From Candidatus Babeliales bacterium (GTDB lineage Bacteria; Babelota; Babeliae; Babelales; JACPOV01): a stretch of 64,000 nucleotides of DNA. Shown one piece after another: positions 27,187 through 36,155 of the stretch. The notes beneath the pieces were generated by a model. The model was not told the origin of the DNA, searched no databases, and saw nothing but the letters and a program-made list of their open reading frames with translations. The position numbers and the translations under genes are program-made. Positions within the stretch are counted from its first letter, which is position 1; every line of letters starts with the position of its first letter. The stretch lies in contig JBFWNW010000003.1 of the NCBI GenBank assembly GCA_050250855.1, positions 44,316-108,315 of the forward strand, read 5' to 3'.

Positions 27187-27999
27187 CTAAAAATTGTTAT
27201 TAAACATATCAGTTAGCTTCTTTTTATATATTCTTTTTTTATAAGCATCATCCTCTTCTGGCAAAACTATTACCACTCGTGCATCAACATTCAGATAATG
27301 CACGCCATTGATAACCGTATAAAAATCTGCATGATGACAATGGCCATAAATATGAATCTTTGGCTTATAGCTATCAACAAGTTCAAATAATTCGGCATTA
27401 CCAATCGATCGATTGCCTCTTTGATCAAAAACAGGAAGCGAAGGCGTTTCGTGCGTCATAAAAATATCAACTTCTTGCACAAGCATTTTCTGCGCCCATT
27501 GCATATAATTTTCATGCGGCATTTTGTGCGGATGCACTTTACTTGAAATGGTACCGTGAACACCACCCAAAGAACCTACCAACGTTTGTATTACTTTGCC
27601 ATGTTCTAACGCTGCATACTTTTCTTGTTTATTCTTCAGCGCCACGTGCTTATTTTCAGGATCTGGCAAATCATGGTTTCCCTGTACAAAATAAAACTCT
27701 CGAGCTCGTTGTGCCAAAAATTCATAGGATGGCGTTGGGTTATCATCAGAGCCATAGATATTTTTACCTGCCATATCACCAGCCGTCAAAACAACAAACT
27801 GATCTAGATGTAAAAAGCTATCAAGCATTTCTACTACTAAAGGGGTGTGGCCATGCATATCACTCATAAGAAAAGTCGGATGCAAAAAAAGAGATGATTC
27901 AACCACGATAACTTTTTTTATATCATGGGGCTTGTAAGCAATACCTCTTTTATTTTTTGAGGGAGGAAAATGCCAAGAATATTCATGTATAATACGCAT
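27187..27999 (-). CDS. calcineurin-like metallophosphoesterase
   Basis: The full motif set is present: SDMHGH (D-x-H), AGDMAG (GD), VQGNHD (GNHD), THETP (H) and YGHCHH (GH-x-H). Confidence 0.8.
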   Translation of the reverse strand: MRIIHEYSWHFPPSKNKRGIAYKPHDIKKVIVVESSLFLHPTFLMSDMHGHTPLVVEMLDSFLHLDQFVVLTAGDMAGKNIYGSDDNPTPSYEFLAQRAREFYFVQGNHDLPDPENKHVALKNKQEKYAALEHGKVIQTLVGSLGGVHGTISSKVHPHKMPHENYMQWAQKMLVQEVDIFMTHETPSLPVFDQRGNRSIGNAELFELVDSYKPKIHIYGHCHHADFYTVINGVHYLNVDARVVIVLPEEDDAYKKRIYKKKLTDMFNNNF

Positions 28000-28075
28000 A
28001 ATTTTTTATTTTCAGCTATTTTTGCAATAAATATTTTCTTTTAGAAATTAATAAAAAAATAACAATTTCGAGGGT

Positions 28076-28104
28076 CGACAAAATTATCACATAATTGTAT
28101 ACTT
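28076..28104 (+). promoter_or_regulatory. candidate sigma70-type promoter for the 28151-38519 ANK array
   Basis: TCGACA, then 17 nt, then TATACT, about 47 nt upstream of the AAGGA-preceded ATG at 28151. Confidence 0.35.
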
Positions 28105-28150
28105 TATTGTATCGATAATTATTCATAAAACAAGCTCCTTAAGGATCTTT

Positions 28151-29662
28151 ATGTCTAAAAAACAAGCGCTAACATCCCGTCTTTTTGATGCCATGGTGGA
28201 TAATGATATACCTAAAGTACAATCAATTCTTGCTCAAGGGGTTGCTATAAACCAAGGGGAACGGGACCAAACTCCTTTAATGTATGCAGCTTATTGGGGC
28301 AAAACTGAAATAGTGAAGCTTCTTTTAGTGCATAATCCTGAGATTAATAAACAGGACGATTCTGGCTGCAACGCTTTACTTTTGGCATTAAAATCATTGT
28401 ATAAGCAAGAGATCATAGAGATGCTTCTTGATGCAGGTGCTGACGTCAATATGCCGGATAAAGACGGCATGACCCCTTTTTTACAAGCTGCTTCTAGCTC
28501 TGATCTATCCCTGATTAAGCTCATGTTGAAAAAAGGTGCTCATGTGCACAGTCAAAGCAATGATGGCAAAACAGCTTTAATCTATGCAGTTTCTCGCACA
28601 CTCTACAACCCTGAAGATCAGGAAAAACAGGCACAATGCATCAAGCTTTTCTTGCAGCATGGCGTAGCAATAAACCACCAAGACAACAAGGGAAAAAGCG
28701 CTTTTTTGACTGCCGTTGATTATGATAACCCAAAAGTAGTAGAAATTTTACTTGCTGCTGGCGCAGATGTTTCTCAAAAAAATGCTGAAGGAAAAACAGC
28801 ACTCACACTGGCAAGCCTCTTTAATATGCATGAGATTGCAAAAATGTTAGTACAATATGGTGCTCCGCTTGAGACACTGTTGGATGCAGTTGTCGTCAAT
28901 GATTGCACCAAAGCAAAAGAGATGCTTGCCAAAAAGAAAAAAATCTCTCAAGCCGTTTTGCAAGATTATATACACAAAGCGGTAAAAAATGGTTTTTTAG
29001 AAATGGCAACATTACTTATCAACCATACTCCCGATTGTCTTACTGATAAAATTTTTGCACAAAAAACGCTATGGATTGCCATTGATAATAATGATAGCGC
29101 TCTGGTGCAAAAACTTATTGCATTAGGAGTACCAGCAACCGTACAGGATGAATATAAAACAACGTCACTATTACATGCTCTTGCTGCAAATAGATACAAC
29201 GAAAAAAATATTACTGATCTTATACATGTTTTGCTGAACGCTGGTGTGGATGTAAACAAACCAAACTATGAAGGATGGACTCCTTTAATGACCGCTGCTG
29301 AAAATGGCAATACTGAGCTTGTTACACTCCTCCTTGCACATGGCGCTACAGTTGATAAAAAAAATATGCATGCAAGTTCTCCTTTAATGCGTGCTGTTGG
29401 CAATGGCCATACCAACATAGCAAAAATTTTATTAGAAGCTGGTGCTGACATTAATCATAAAAATAGATATGGCGCTACGGCATTAATACTTGCTTCTGGC
29501 TCGCGGGGCTCAAAAGAGTTGGTAGAACTCCTACTTGAATATAAAGCCCTCGTTGATACAAAAGACAAAGAAGGTAAAAACGCTTTGTATTATGCTCAAG
29601 CAAATAATAAGCTCGATATCGTAGCTCTTTTAAAAAATCATACTACAGAGAGTTCTTTATAA
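28151..29662 (+). CDS. ankyrin-repeat protein, 503 aa
   Basis: Multiple ANK repeats (GWTPLMTAAENGNTELVTLLLAHGATVD and similar). Confidence 0.9.
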   Translation: MSKKQALTSRLFDAMVDNDIPKVQSILAQGVAINQGERDQTPLMYAAYWGKTEIVKLLLVHNPEINKQDDSGCNALLLALKSLYKQEIIEMLLDAGADVNMPDKDGMTPFLQAASSSDLSLIKLMLKKGAHVHSQSNDGKTALIYAVSRTLYNPEDQEKQAQCIKLFLQHGVAINHQDNKGKSAFLTAVDYDNPKVVEILLAAGADVSQKNAEGKTALTLASLFNMHEIAKMLVQYGAPLETLLDAVVVNDCTKAKEMLAKKKKISQAVLQDYIHKAVKNGFLEMATLLINHTPDCLTDKIFAQKTLWIAIDNNDSALVQKLIALGVPATVQDEYKTTSLLHALAANRYNEKNITDLIHVLLNAGVDVNKPNYEGWTPLMTAAENGNTELVTLLLAHGATVDKKNMHASSPLMRAVGNGHTNIAKILLEAGADINHKNRYGATALILASGSRGSKELVELLLEYKALVDTKDKEGKNALYYAQANNKLDIVALLKNHTTESSL

Positions 29663-30396
29663 TGAATAAAAGAATCCTTGAAACAAAACAATTCTTCGAT
29701 GCCATACAAGATGGTAACTATCAAATGGTAAACGATATGCTTGCGACTACTTCATTAGAAGAGAAAAATAAGGGTTTATTTTATGCTACCATAAAAGGAG
29801 ATCTTGCTCTGGTAAAATTATTAGTAGAGCATGGTGCTCAAATAGCTGAATCTGAGAGTTTAGAGAAAGCGATAGAAAGCAATGATGAAGCTATTGCTGC
29901 ATATTTGCTTTCTCAAGAAAAGATTGATCTTAATATCCCTGATCGTCACTTTTCACCATTAATGCGTGCTGTTTGTAAAAATAATGAAACCATGGCGCAG
30001 TTATTACTTGATCATAATGCTGACATAAATTATAAAAACAAAAACCAAAAAACTGCTCTTATGACTGCAGCAGGCTCATGCTGCTCACCCTATCGCGATA
30101 AAAAAGAATGCAATTATCAGGGCATCATAAAGTTACTCTTACGTGCTCAGCCAGCAATAAATATGGAAAATGAGGATGGAGAAACTGCTTTGCATTATGC
30201 TGTAGAGAATAGGTGCTTCAATACCGTAAAACTTCTATTAGAAGCTGGTGCTGATAGCTCTTTAAAAGATAAGTGCCAACAAACAGCACTTGATAAAATA
30301 CAAAAACAGATTCATGATTTTGCACAAAGAAAAGAAAAATTTACTGAGATACATACTATGTTAAACTCAAAAGCTTCTACGAATAACCATGAATAA
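29662..30396 (+). CDS. short ankyrin-repeat protein, family member 1 of 3
   Basis: ANK repeats. It shares its architecture and C-terminal helix (...EKFTEIHTMLNS) with the ORFs at 30389 and 33232. Confidence 0.85.
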   Translation: MNKRILETKQFFDAIQDGNYQMVNDMLATTSLEEKNKGLFYATIKGDLALVKLLVEHGAQIAESESLEKAIESNDEAIAAYLLSQEKIDLNIPDRHFSPLMRAVCKNNETMAQLLLDHNADINYKNKNQKTALMTAAGSCCSPYRDKKECNYQGIIKLLLRAQPAINMENEDGETALHYAVENRCFNTVKLLLEAGADSSLKDKCQQTALDKIQKQIHDFAQRKEKFTEIHTMLNSKASTNNHE

Positions 30397-31126
30397 CCAA
30401 GAATCTGCAGAAACAAAAAAGTTTTTAGATGCAATAAAACAAGGGCAGTATCAAATGCTCAAAGATATGCTTGAACAGCAAAGTATTTCTTTAGACGACA
30501 AAAATGAAGGTTTATTGGAAGCTGCAGAAAATGGCAATCTTGATATAGTACAATTATTGATAAAAAAAGGAGCACAAATTAATGAATCCCATATCTTGGA
30601 ATATGCCGTAAAAAAAGAATTTGAGCATGTTGTAGAATTTTTGCTCACCCAAGAAGGTGTCGATGTTGATAATCCAGACAATGATAAATACTGGTCAAAC
30701 TTAATGTTTGCTGCTTGGAATGGTAATCAAAAAATAGCACAATTATTGCTTGATCATGATGCTGATATACATCATGAAAATATCTTTGAACAAACCCCCT
30801 TGATATTTGCAGCACGAGAGTGCAAGCATAAAAAAAATAATTGTAATTATGACATCATGCAATCTCTCTTGCATCTTCTGCACAGTAACCTAGAAGAAAT
30901 AAATAGGCAAGATTACTATGGGTATAGTGCCCTAGCTTATGCCATAGGACATGCCTGCACAAAAACAGTAAAACTCTTATTAGAGGCCGGAGCAGACCCT
31001 TTTCTAGAATATAGAGACGGCACAGCATTTGAACATACAAAAAAGGCGCTCCATTTTGTAGCAAAAGAACAGGAAAAATTAAATCAGATATATACTATGC
31101 TTGCAACGCATACCAAGGAACTATAA
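30389..31126 (+). CDS. short ankyrin-repeat protein, family member 2 of 3
   Basis: ETKKFLDAIKQGQYQMLKDMLEQQSISL... is a close paralog of the ORF at 33232. Confidence 0.85.
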   Translation: MNNQESAETKKFLDAIKQGQYQMLKDMLEQQSISLDDKNEGLLEAAENGNLDIVQLLIKKGAQINESHILEYAVKKEFEHVVEFLLTQEGVDVDNPDNDKYWSNLMFAAWNGNQKIAQLLLDHDADIHHENIFEQTPLIFAARECKHKKNNCNYDIMQSLLHLLHSNLEEINRQDYYGYSALAYAIGHACTKTVKLLLEAGADPFLEYRDGTAFEHTKKALHFVAKEQEKLNQIYTMLATHTKEL

Positions 31127-33219
31127 TGAAAAATATCCCTTACACGCTCGTCAAAAACTTATTCGAAGCTCTTGAGAATAATAATCTTGAACTCGTAAAA
31201 CAACTTCTTGATCAAGGCATTTCTTTGGAAATATTAAATAGCGATAATGAAACACCTCTCATTACTGCTGTACGATGCGGGCATAAAGAATTAGTTGAAT
31301 TTTTAATTCATCGTGGCGCTTCCCTTAATAAACTGAGAGAGCCTCTTGATAAAAAACCAAGAGATCAAAAAACAGCTCTAATGCTTGCCTGTGAAAATAA
31401 GAGCGCTGATATTGCAGAGCTTCTTTTAAAAAACAATGCACCCGTAAATCAAACTAATGCTCGCGGGACAACAGCTCTTATGCTAGCAGCAGCACAAGCA
31501 AACGGTGAAGCTCTCATAAAACTCTTACTAGCTCATGGAGCATCTGTTAATAAAACTGATCTTAATGGTGCAACTGCTTTACATGAAGCAGCACAAGAAG
31601 GAAATACTCAGACACTTGAACTCCTTATAGAAGCCGGTGCAGAAATTGATGCTAAGGATTTGGAAGATTACACCGCTCTCCATCTTGCATGTGAGAAAGG
31701 ACATAATGACGCCGCAGCGCTCCTAGTAGCCAAAGGCGCTGACGTTCATGTACGTAGCTACCGAAGAACAACGCCTCTTATAGATGCTGCAAAACATCAT
31801 GATACAACTATTCTCAGGCACCTGCTTGAGGCTGGAGCAGAGGTCAATGCCAATGAAGATGAAAGGTGCGAAACACCGTTAACGGTAGCGGTGACACAAA
31901 ACAATATTGAAGCGGTAAAAATTCTACTTGAATATGGCGCTTTGGTGAATTACCCATCAAGAAGTAGCTATACACTTCTTATGCGAGCAGCAGAATCAAT
32001 AAATGTCCAAACAGATATCATAGAATTACTTTTGCAAGCTGGTGCTGATATAAACAAACAAGAAACTTGGGATGGCAGAACTCCTCTTATGATAGCTGCT
32101 GCAAATGGAGCACTTGATACCGTAAAAATCCTGTTAAAACACAAAGCCGATATTCATATAGAAGATTATAACGGCAAAACAGCATTGCATTATGCTGTTG
32201 AAAGTAGACTTGAAGATATGGTAACTATGTTGCTTGATGCAGGAAGTGCAATAAATCATCAGGATAATAAGGGCATTACCCCTTGGATACTGGCAGCAAA
32301 CCACAATTTCTCTGCTCTTTTAAAACTATTACTTACAAAAAATGCACAAATCAGTCTTAAAACCTATAATGGCGAAAGTGCTCTTTTTACTCCCTGCATT
32401 AATGGCGCTATAGAAACGGTTAAACTTTTATTGGCTGCTGGTGCAGATCTTAATACTATTAGCAAAGATGGCATTCACTGTCTTTTATTAGCAGCAAAAA
32501 ATAATTACCTTGACCTTGTGCAACTTTTGGTGGAGCAAGGTGCCAACATTTTTGAATCTGACAAAAGTAACAACACCGCTCTTGTTTATGCCAGCACAAA
32601 TAATAATACTGCCATGGTAAATTTTTTACTAAATGCAGATACATCATCAAAAAAAGAAGCGCAGCTGGTACAAAAAGCATTTATACGTGCTATTGAAAGA
32701 AATCATGCAGAAATCGTTAAACTTCTTACCCCTTATGTGGATCTTAATCTAGTTAATCATGATGACCCTTATTGTGATTCCTATGGCTATCAGTGGGACA
32801 AAACTGCTTTAATGATCTCCATTGAAAAAGGTTTTGAAATTACAAAAATTCTGGTAGAAGCTGGCTGTAACCTTGACATACAACATGCTAGAACGAAAGA
32901 AACGGCTCTTATTCTAGCAGTAAAATCTGGTCGCCTGCCGAGTGTAAAACTTCTTATAAAAGCCGGCGCATCAGTAAATATTCAGGATAGCTATGGCTGC
33001 ACTGCGCTTATGTATGCAGCAGAAAGCAACCGTATAGAAATGACAAAAATATTGCTTGAATCTGGTGCTGATGCAAACATTCACGATAACGAGAATCATA
33101 CCGCTTTAATGCATGCAGCTGAAAATGGTTATGAAGAAATACGGGAACTCTTAATTCCTGTCACAGCATCAGAAATAATGACCTGTAATAAAAAGTGTAA
33201 AGAATATAGTTCATTTTAA
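31126..33219 (+). CDS. ankyrin-repeat protein, 697 aa
   Basis: About 18 ANK repeats (GATALHEAAQEGNTQTLELLIEAGAEID and similar). Confidence 0.9.
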   Translation: MKNIPYTLVKNLFEALENNNLELVKQLLDQGISLEILNSDNETPLITAVRCGHKELVEFLIHRGASLNKLREPLDKKPRDQKTALMLACENKSADIAELLLKNNAPVNQTNARGTTALMLAAAQANGEALIKLLLAHGASVNKTDLNGATALHEAAQEGNTQTLELLIEAGAEIDAKDLEDYTALHLACEKGHNDAAALLVAKGADVHVRSYRRTTPLIDAAKHHDTTILRHLLEAGAEVNANEDERCETPLTVAVTQNNIEAVKILLEYGALVNYPSRSSYTLLMRAAESINVQTDIIELLLQAGADINKQETWDGRTPLMIAAANGALDTVKILLKHKADIHIEDYNGKTALHYAVESRLEDMVTMLLDAGSAINHQDNKGITPWILAANHNFSALLKLLLTKNAQISLKTYNGESALFTPCINGAIETVKLLLAAGADLNTISKDGIHCLLLAAKNNYLDLVQLLVEQGANIFESDKSNNTALVYASTNNNTAMVNFLLNADTSSKKEAQLVQKAFIRAIERNHAEIVKLLTPYVDLNLVNHDDPYCDSYGYQWDKTALMISIEKGFEITKILVEAGCNLDIQHARTKETALILAVKSGRLPSVKLLIKAGASVNIQDSYGCTALMYAAESNRIEMTKILLESGADANIHDNENHTALMHAAENGYEEIRELLIPVTASEIMTCNKKCKEYSSF

Positions 33220-33231
33220 AAAAGATATAGC

Positions 33232-33990
33232 ATGGATTACCAAAACCCAGTAACAAAAAAGTTTTTAGATGCAATAAAACAAGGGCAGTCTCAGGCTGTC
33301 AAAGATATCCTTGAACAGCAAAACATTTCTTTAAAAGAAAAAAACTGCGGGTTATTAGAAGCTGCAAGAAATGGCAATCTTGCTTTGGTAAAACTACTCA
33401 TAAGCCAAGGAGCTCAGATTAATGAATCCTGTAGCCTGGAATATGCGGTAGAAAAAGAACATGAGCATGTTGTAAAATTTTTGCTCAGCCAAGAAGGTGT
33501 TGAAGTCGATTATCCAGATAATGATAAAGGCTGGTCAGCACTCATGTTTACGGCGTGGAATGGTAACGTAAACATAGCACAACTATTGCTTGATCATGGC
33601 GCTGATATAGACCATGAAAATATATTTGAACAGACAGCCCTTATCCTTGCTGCAGAACGTTGCCCTTGCGGTGGATCTCGCTATAGAAGCGTTCCTGCAG
33701 ATTGTTCGCACCAAGGTGTTATAAAAATTCTTTTACAAGCTCATTTTGCACTAAACAAGCAAGATCAATATGGGCAAACAGCTTTGCATTATGCAGTAGG
33801 AAATGCCTGCACCCAAACGGTAAAACTTTTATTAGATGCAGGCACTGATCCGGATATAAAAAATCATAAGGAACAAACAGCAATTGAAAAAACAAAAAAC
33901 GCACTACGCTTTGTCGCGCAAGAACAGGAGAAATTAAATAAAATACATACCCTCTTAGAGCACTATAATGAATCAATCAAAAAAACTTGA
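33232..33990 (+). CDS. short ankyrin-repeat protein, family member 3 of 3
   Basis: VTKKFLDAIKQGQSQAVKDILEQQNISL... matches the ORF at 30389, and DNA identity to it is high over long stretches. Confidence 0.85.
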   Translation: MDYQNPVTKKFLDAIKQGQSQAVKDILEQQNISLKEKNCGLLEAARNGNLALVKLLISQGAQINESCSLEYAVEKEHEHVVKFLLSQEGVEVDYPDNDKGWSALMFTAWNGNVNIAQLLLDHGADIDHENIFEQTALILAAERCPCGGSRYRSVPADCSHQGVIKILLQAHFALNKQDQYGQTALHYAVGNACTQTVKLLLDAGTDPDIKNHKEQTAIEKTKNALRFVAQEQEKLNKIHTLLEHYNESIKKT

Positions 33991-35170
33991 TCCAGAAATC
34001 TTACATAATATACTCAATCAACTATGCAGGGATATTGAAACCTGGCTTAATCCTAATCCTGATGGATCTTTTGCCTGCTCGTTTGATTGCTGCATGGGAA
34101 ATTCTGCATTTGACTTCGATGACGTACTCGAGGAACACCCTCAAGAATTTGCAGACGTTATTGGTATTACTGGTATTGCCATGCTCAAACAACTGAGAGC
34201 TACAGTCGACATTGTTATATGGTTTGATAATAATGATAGCAAAAAGCTTGCCCAAAACCCTGGCTGGCAAGAAATTTGTGCATTTGGTCAAAAAGTACAC
34301 AAACATATCAAAGATTCATTAGAGGCCATTGAAACTAATACAAAAATTCTTAAAAAATATCCCCTCAGTTATACTGCCGAACTGATGAATTTAGTAAAAC
34401 AAATAGCCTCTGATAATAAAAATCCTAGCTCAAGGGATAGTGAAGGATCTCCCTTACATGGCCTTGAAGATTTTTTAACACGGTGCTGGTTTGTTTTACA
34501 AAACCCTGATGATTATAAAGGTATAACAGTAAGCGTTTATACGAACCTTGAAAATTTATATTTTTTAGTAAAAACGTATCATGAAAATCCACTTGAATCT
34601 GCTGACCGTTCAGCAAAAATAACGCAACGAGAAGGTTTTTTATCAAAATCTATCAGTCAATTAAAGTGGTATGAAATTACTCAATGCGCGCAACAAGCAT
34701 GGGACGCCTTTGAGCCAGATTCTAGAATTTTTGACCGAAACAAACTTATTAAACGATTGCAAGACCTTAATATTTATGTACGCCGTTGGGGAGCCGCTGG
34801 GCCAAGTGCTTTAGCGCAGCTTGAGCGCAATTTAGATCATACCTTCGATGATGAATCGCGCTCATTTATTGAAGAAATTGGTAATCTTGATATTGGAGAA
34901 TATCAAATCGAATTTACTCGTGATAAAGTTAAAGAAATACCTACTGCTCTAAAAAAAGTTCGCTCCGCAAATTCTTCTGACCATATTTTAACCATTATGT
35001 ATAAAAAATATGGTGATAGCACCTCTCAAGAAGACTGTTATTCTCTGCATGCTGATGGCACTATAAAACGTACACCATATCAAGATCCATCACGCCAGAA
35101 AACATATTCTTCATTATCTGTCCTCATTGAAAGCATTATAGAAGAAGAGCTAACATCACAAAAAAAATAA
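33968..35170 (+). CDS. hypothetical protein, 400 aa, possible C-terminal SUKH (SMI1/KNR4)-like domain
   Basis: No ANK repeats. The C-terminal ~120 aa (ALAQLERNLDHTFDDESRSFIEEIGNLDIGEYQIEF...) resembles the SUKH pattern. This domain call is weak. Confidence 0.5.
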   Translation: MNQSKKLDPEILHNILNQLCRDIETWLNPNPDGSFACSFDCCMGNSAFDFDDVLEEHPQEFADVIGITGIAMLKQLRATVDIVIWFDNNDSKKLAQNPGWQEICAFGQKVHKHIKDSLEAIETNTKILKKYPLSYTAELMNLVKQIASDNKNPSSRDSEGSPLHGLEDFLTRCWFVLQNPDDYKGITVSVYTNLENLYFLVKTYHENPLESADRSAKITQREGFLSKSISQLKWYEITQCAQQAWDAFEPDSRIFDRNKLIKRLQDLNIYVRRWGAAGPSALAQLERNLDHTFDDESRSFIEEIGNLDIGEYQIEFTRDKVKEIPTALKKVRSANSSDHILTIMYKKYGDSTSQEDCYSLHADGTIKRTPYQDPSRQKTYSSLSVLIESIIEEELTSQKK

Positions 35171-35177
35171 AATCGCT

Positions 35178-36155
35178 ATGAATAAATCTGCACACCATCT
35201 TTTTAATGCATTAGAAGAACGAGGTAATAAAAAACTCGTTCAAACATTACTCAATCAAGGCGTAGCACTTGAGCAAAAAAATGACCGGGGGCAAACACCC
35301 TTGCTTTTTGCAGCAAGCAATCCTTATATAGATTACGAAATTATAAAACTCTTGCTCCAGCATGGTGCACCGGTAAACAGCACAACCCCCGATGGTTGGA
35401 CGCCATTACTTGAAGCTGTCACTGCGGGCAGAGACGGTATTGTAGAACTTCTTTTGCAATATGGTGCGGATGTCAATGTAATGACGCATGATGGAACCGC
35501 ACTCATTATAGCCACCATCTATTGTCACAAAGAAATTGCTGAACTTCTTATACAGCATGGTGCTCATATAAATAGCGCTATGCATGATGGAACAACCGCA
35601 CTGCTTATTGCAGCACAAGGCACACTGCCACCACGAGCATTCACGCATACAAGTTATGCTACACAACGAGCCTATGGCAAATATCATGATTTAGAGCCTG
35701 AATATTATAAAGAAATGCTTGAACTCCTTCTGCTCTTAGGTGCTGATGGATCCCTACAAGATAATTCTGGTAAAACTGCATTTGATTACATTACTATTAA
35801 TCTTTTAGTCCTATTAGGCAGAACCATTAGCTGTTGGCTTAAGCCGGATTCTTCTTCTTTTTTTAATGATCATTTTACATACATAGAGGTTGTAAAACAT
35901 TCATTTAAAAACGTTTTTGATCAACTATTTGAATACAGTGATAATCTGCAAAAAATCATAGGAACAGAGGAACTCAAAAGAATTAAACAGCTAAAATCAC
36001 TAATAAAACAAATAAAAATAATTGATAAAAATATCAATACAACACTCAAAAAAAATCCTGATTGGCTTAACCTTTGTGATCTTGGGCAAGCTATAGAAAA
36101 TCATATAGCAAAATATGACAAAACAAGTGAGTGTATTGTTATTCCTGAACTATGA
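35178..36155 (+). CDS. ankyrin-repeat protein with non-ANK C-terminal domain, 325 aa
   Basis: ANK repeats (GWTPLLEAVTAGRDGIVELLLQYGADVN) followed by a helical C-terminal domain of about 120 aa. Confidence 0.85.
   Translation: MNKSAHHLFNALEERGNKKLVQTLLNQGVALEQKNDRGQTPLLFAASNPYIDYEIIKLLLQHGAPVNSTTPDGWTPLLEAVTAGRDGIVELLLQYGADVNVMTHDGTALIIATIYCHKEIAELLIQHGAHINSAMHDGTTALLIAAQGTLPPRAFTHTSYATQRAYGKYHDLEPEYYKEMLELLLLLGADGSLQDNSGKTAFDYITINLLVLLGRTISCWLKPDSSSFFNDHFTYIEVVKHSFKNVFDQLFEYSDNLQKIIGTEELKRIKQLKSLIKQIKIIDKNINTTLKKNPDWLNLCDLGQAIENHIAKYDKTSECIVIPEL

Noticed and set aside
19992-35170. The island might be a polymorphic-toxin poly-immunity locus, because ANK, SUKH and DUF1963 families are all reported as immunity or context genes.
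   Set aside because: I could recognise no toxin domain, Rhs/YD or filamentous repeat, PAAR/VgrG, WXG100/LXG or CdiA/CdiB-type gene anywhere in the 64 kb. The presence of F-box-like motifs and Sec signals favours host-directed effectors. This reading is not excluded, only disfavoured.
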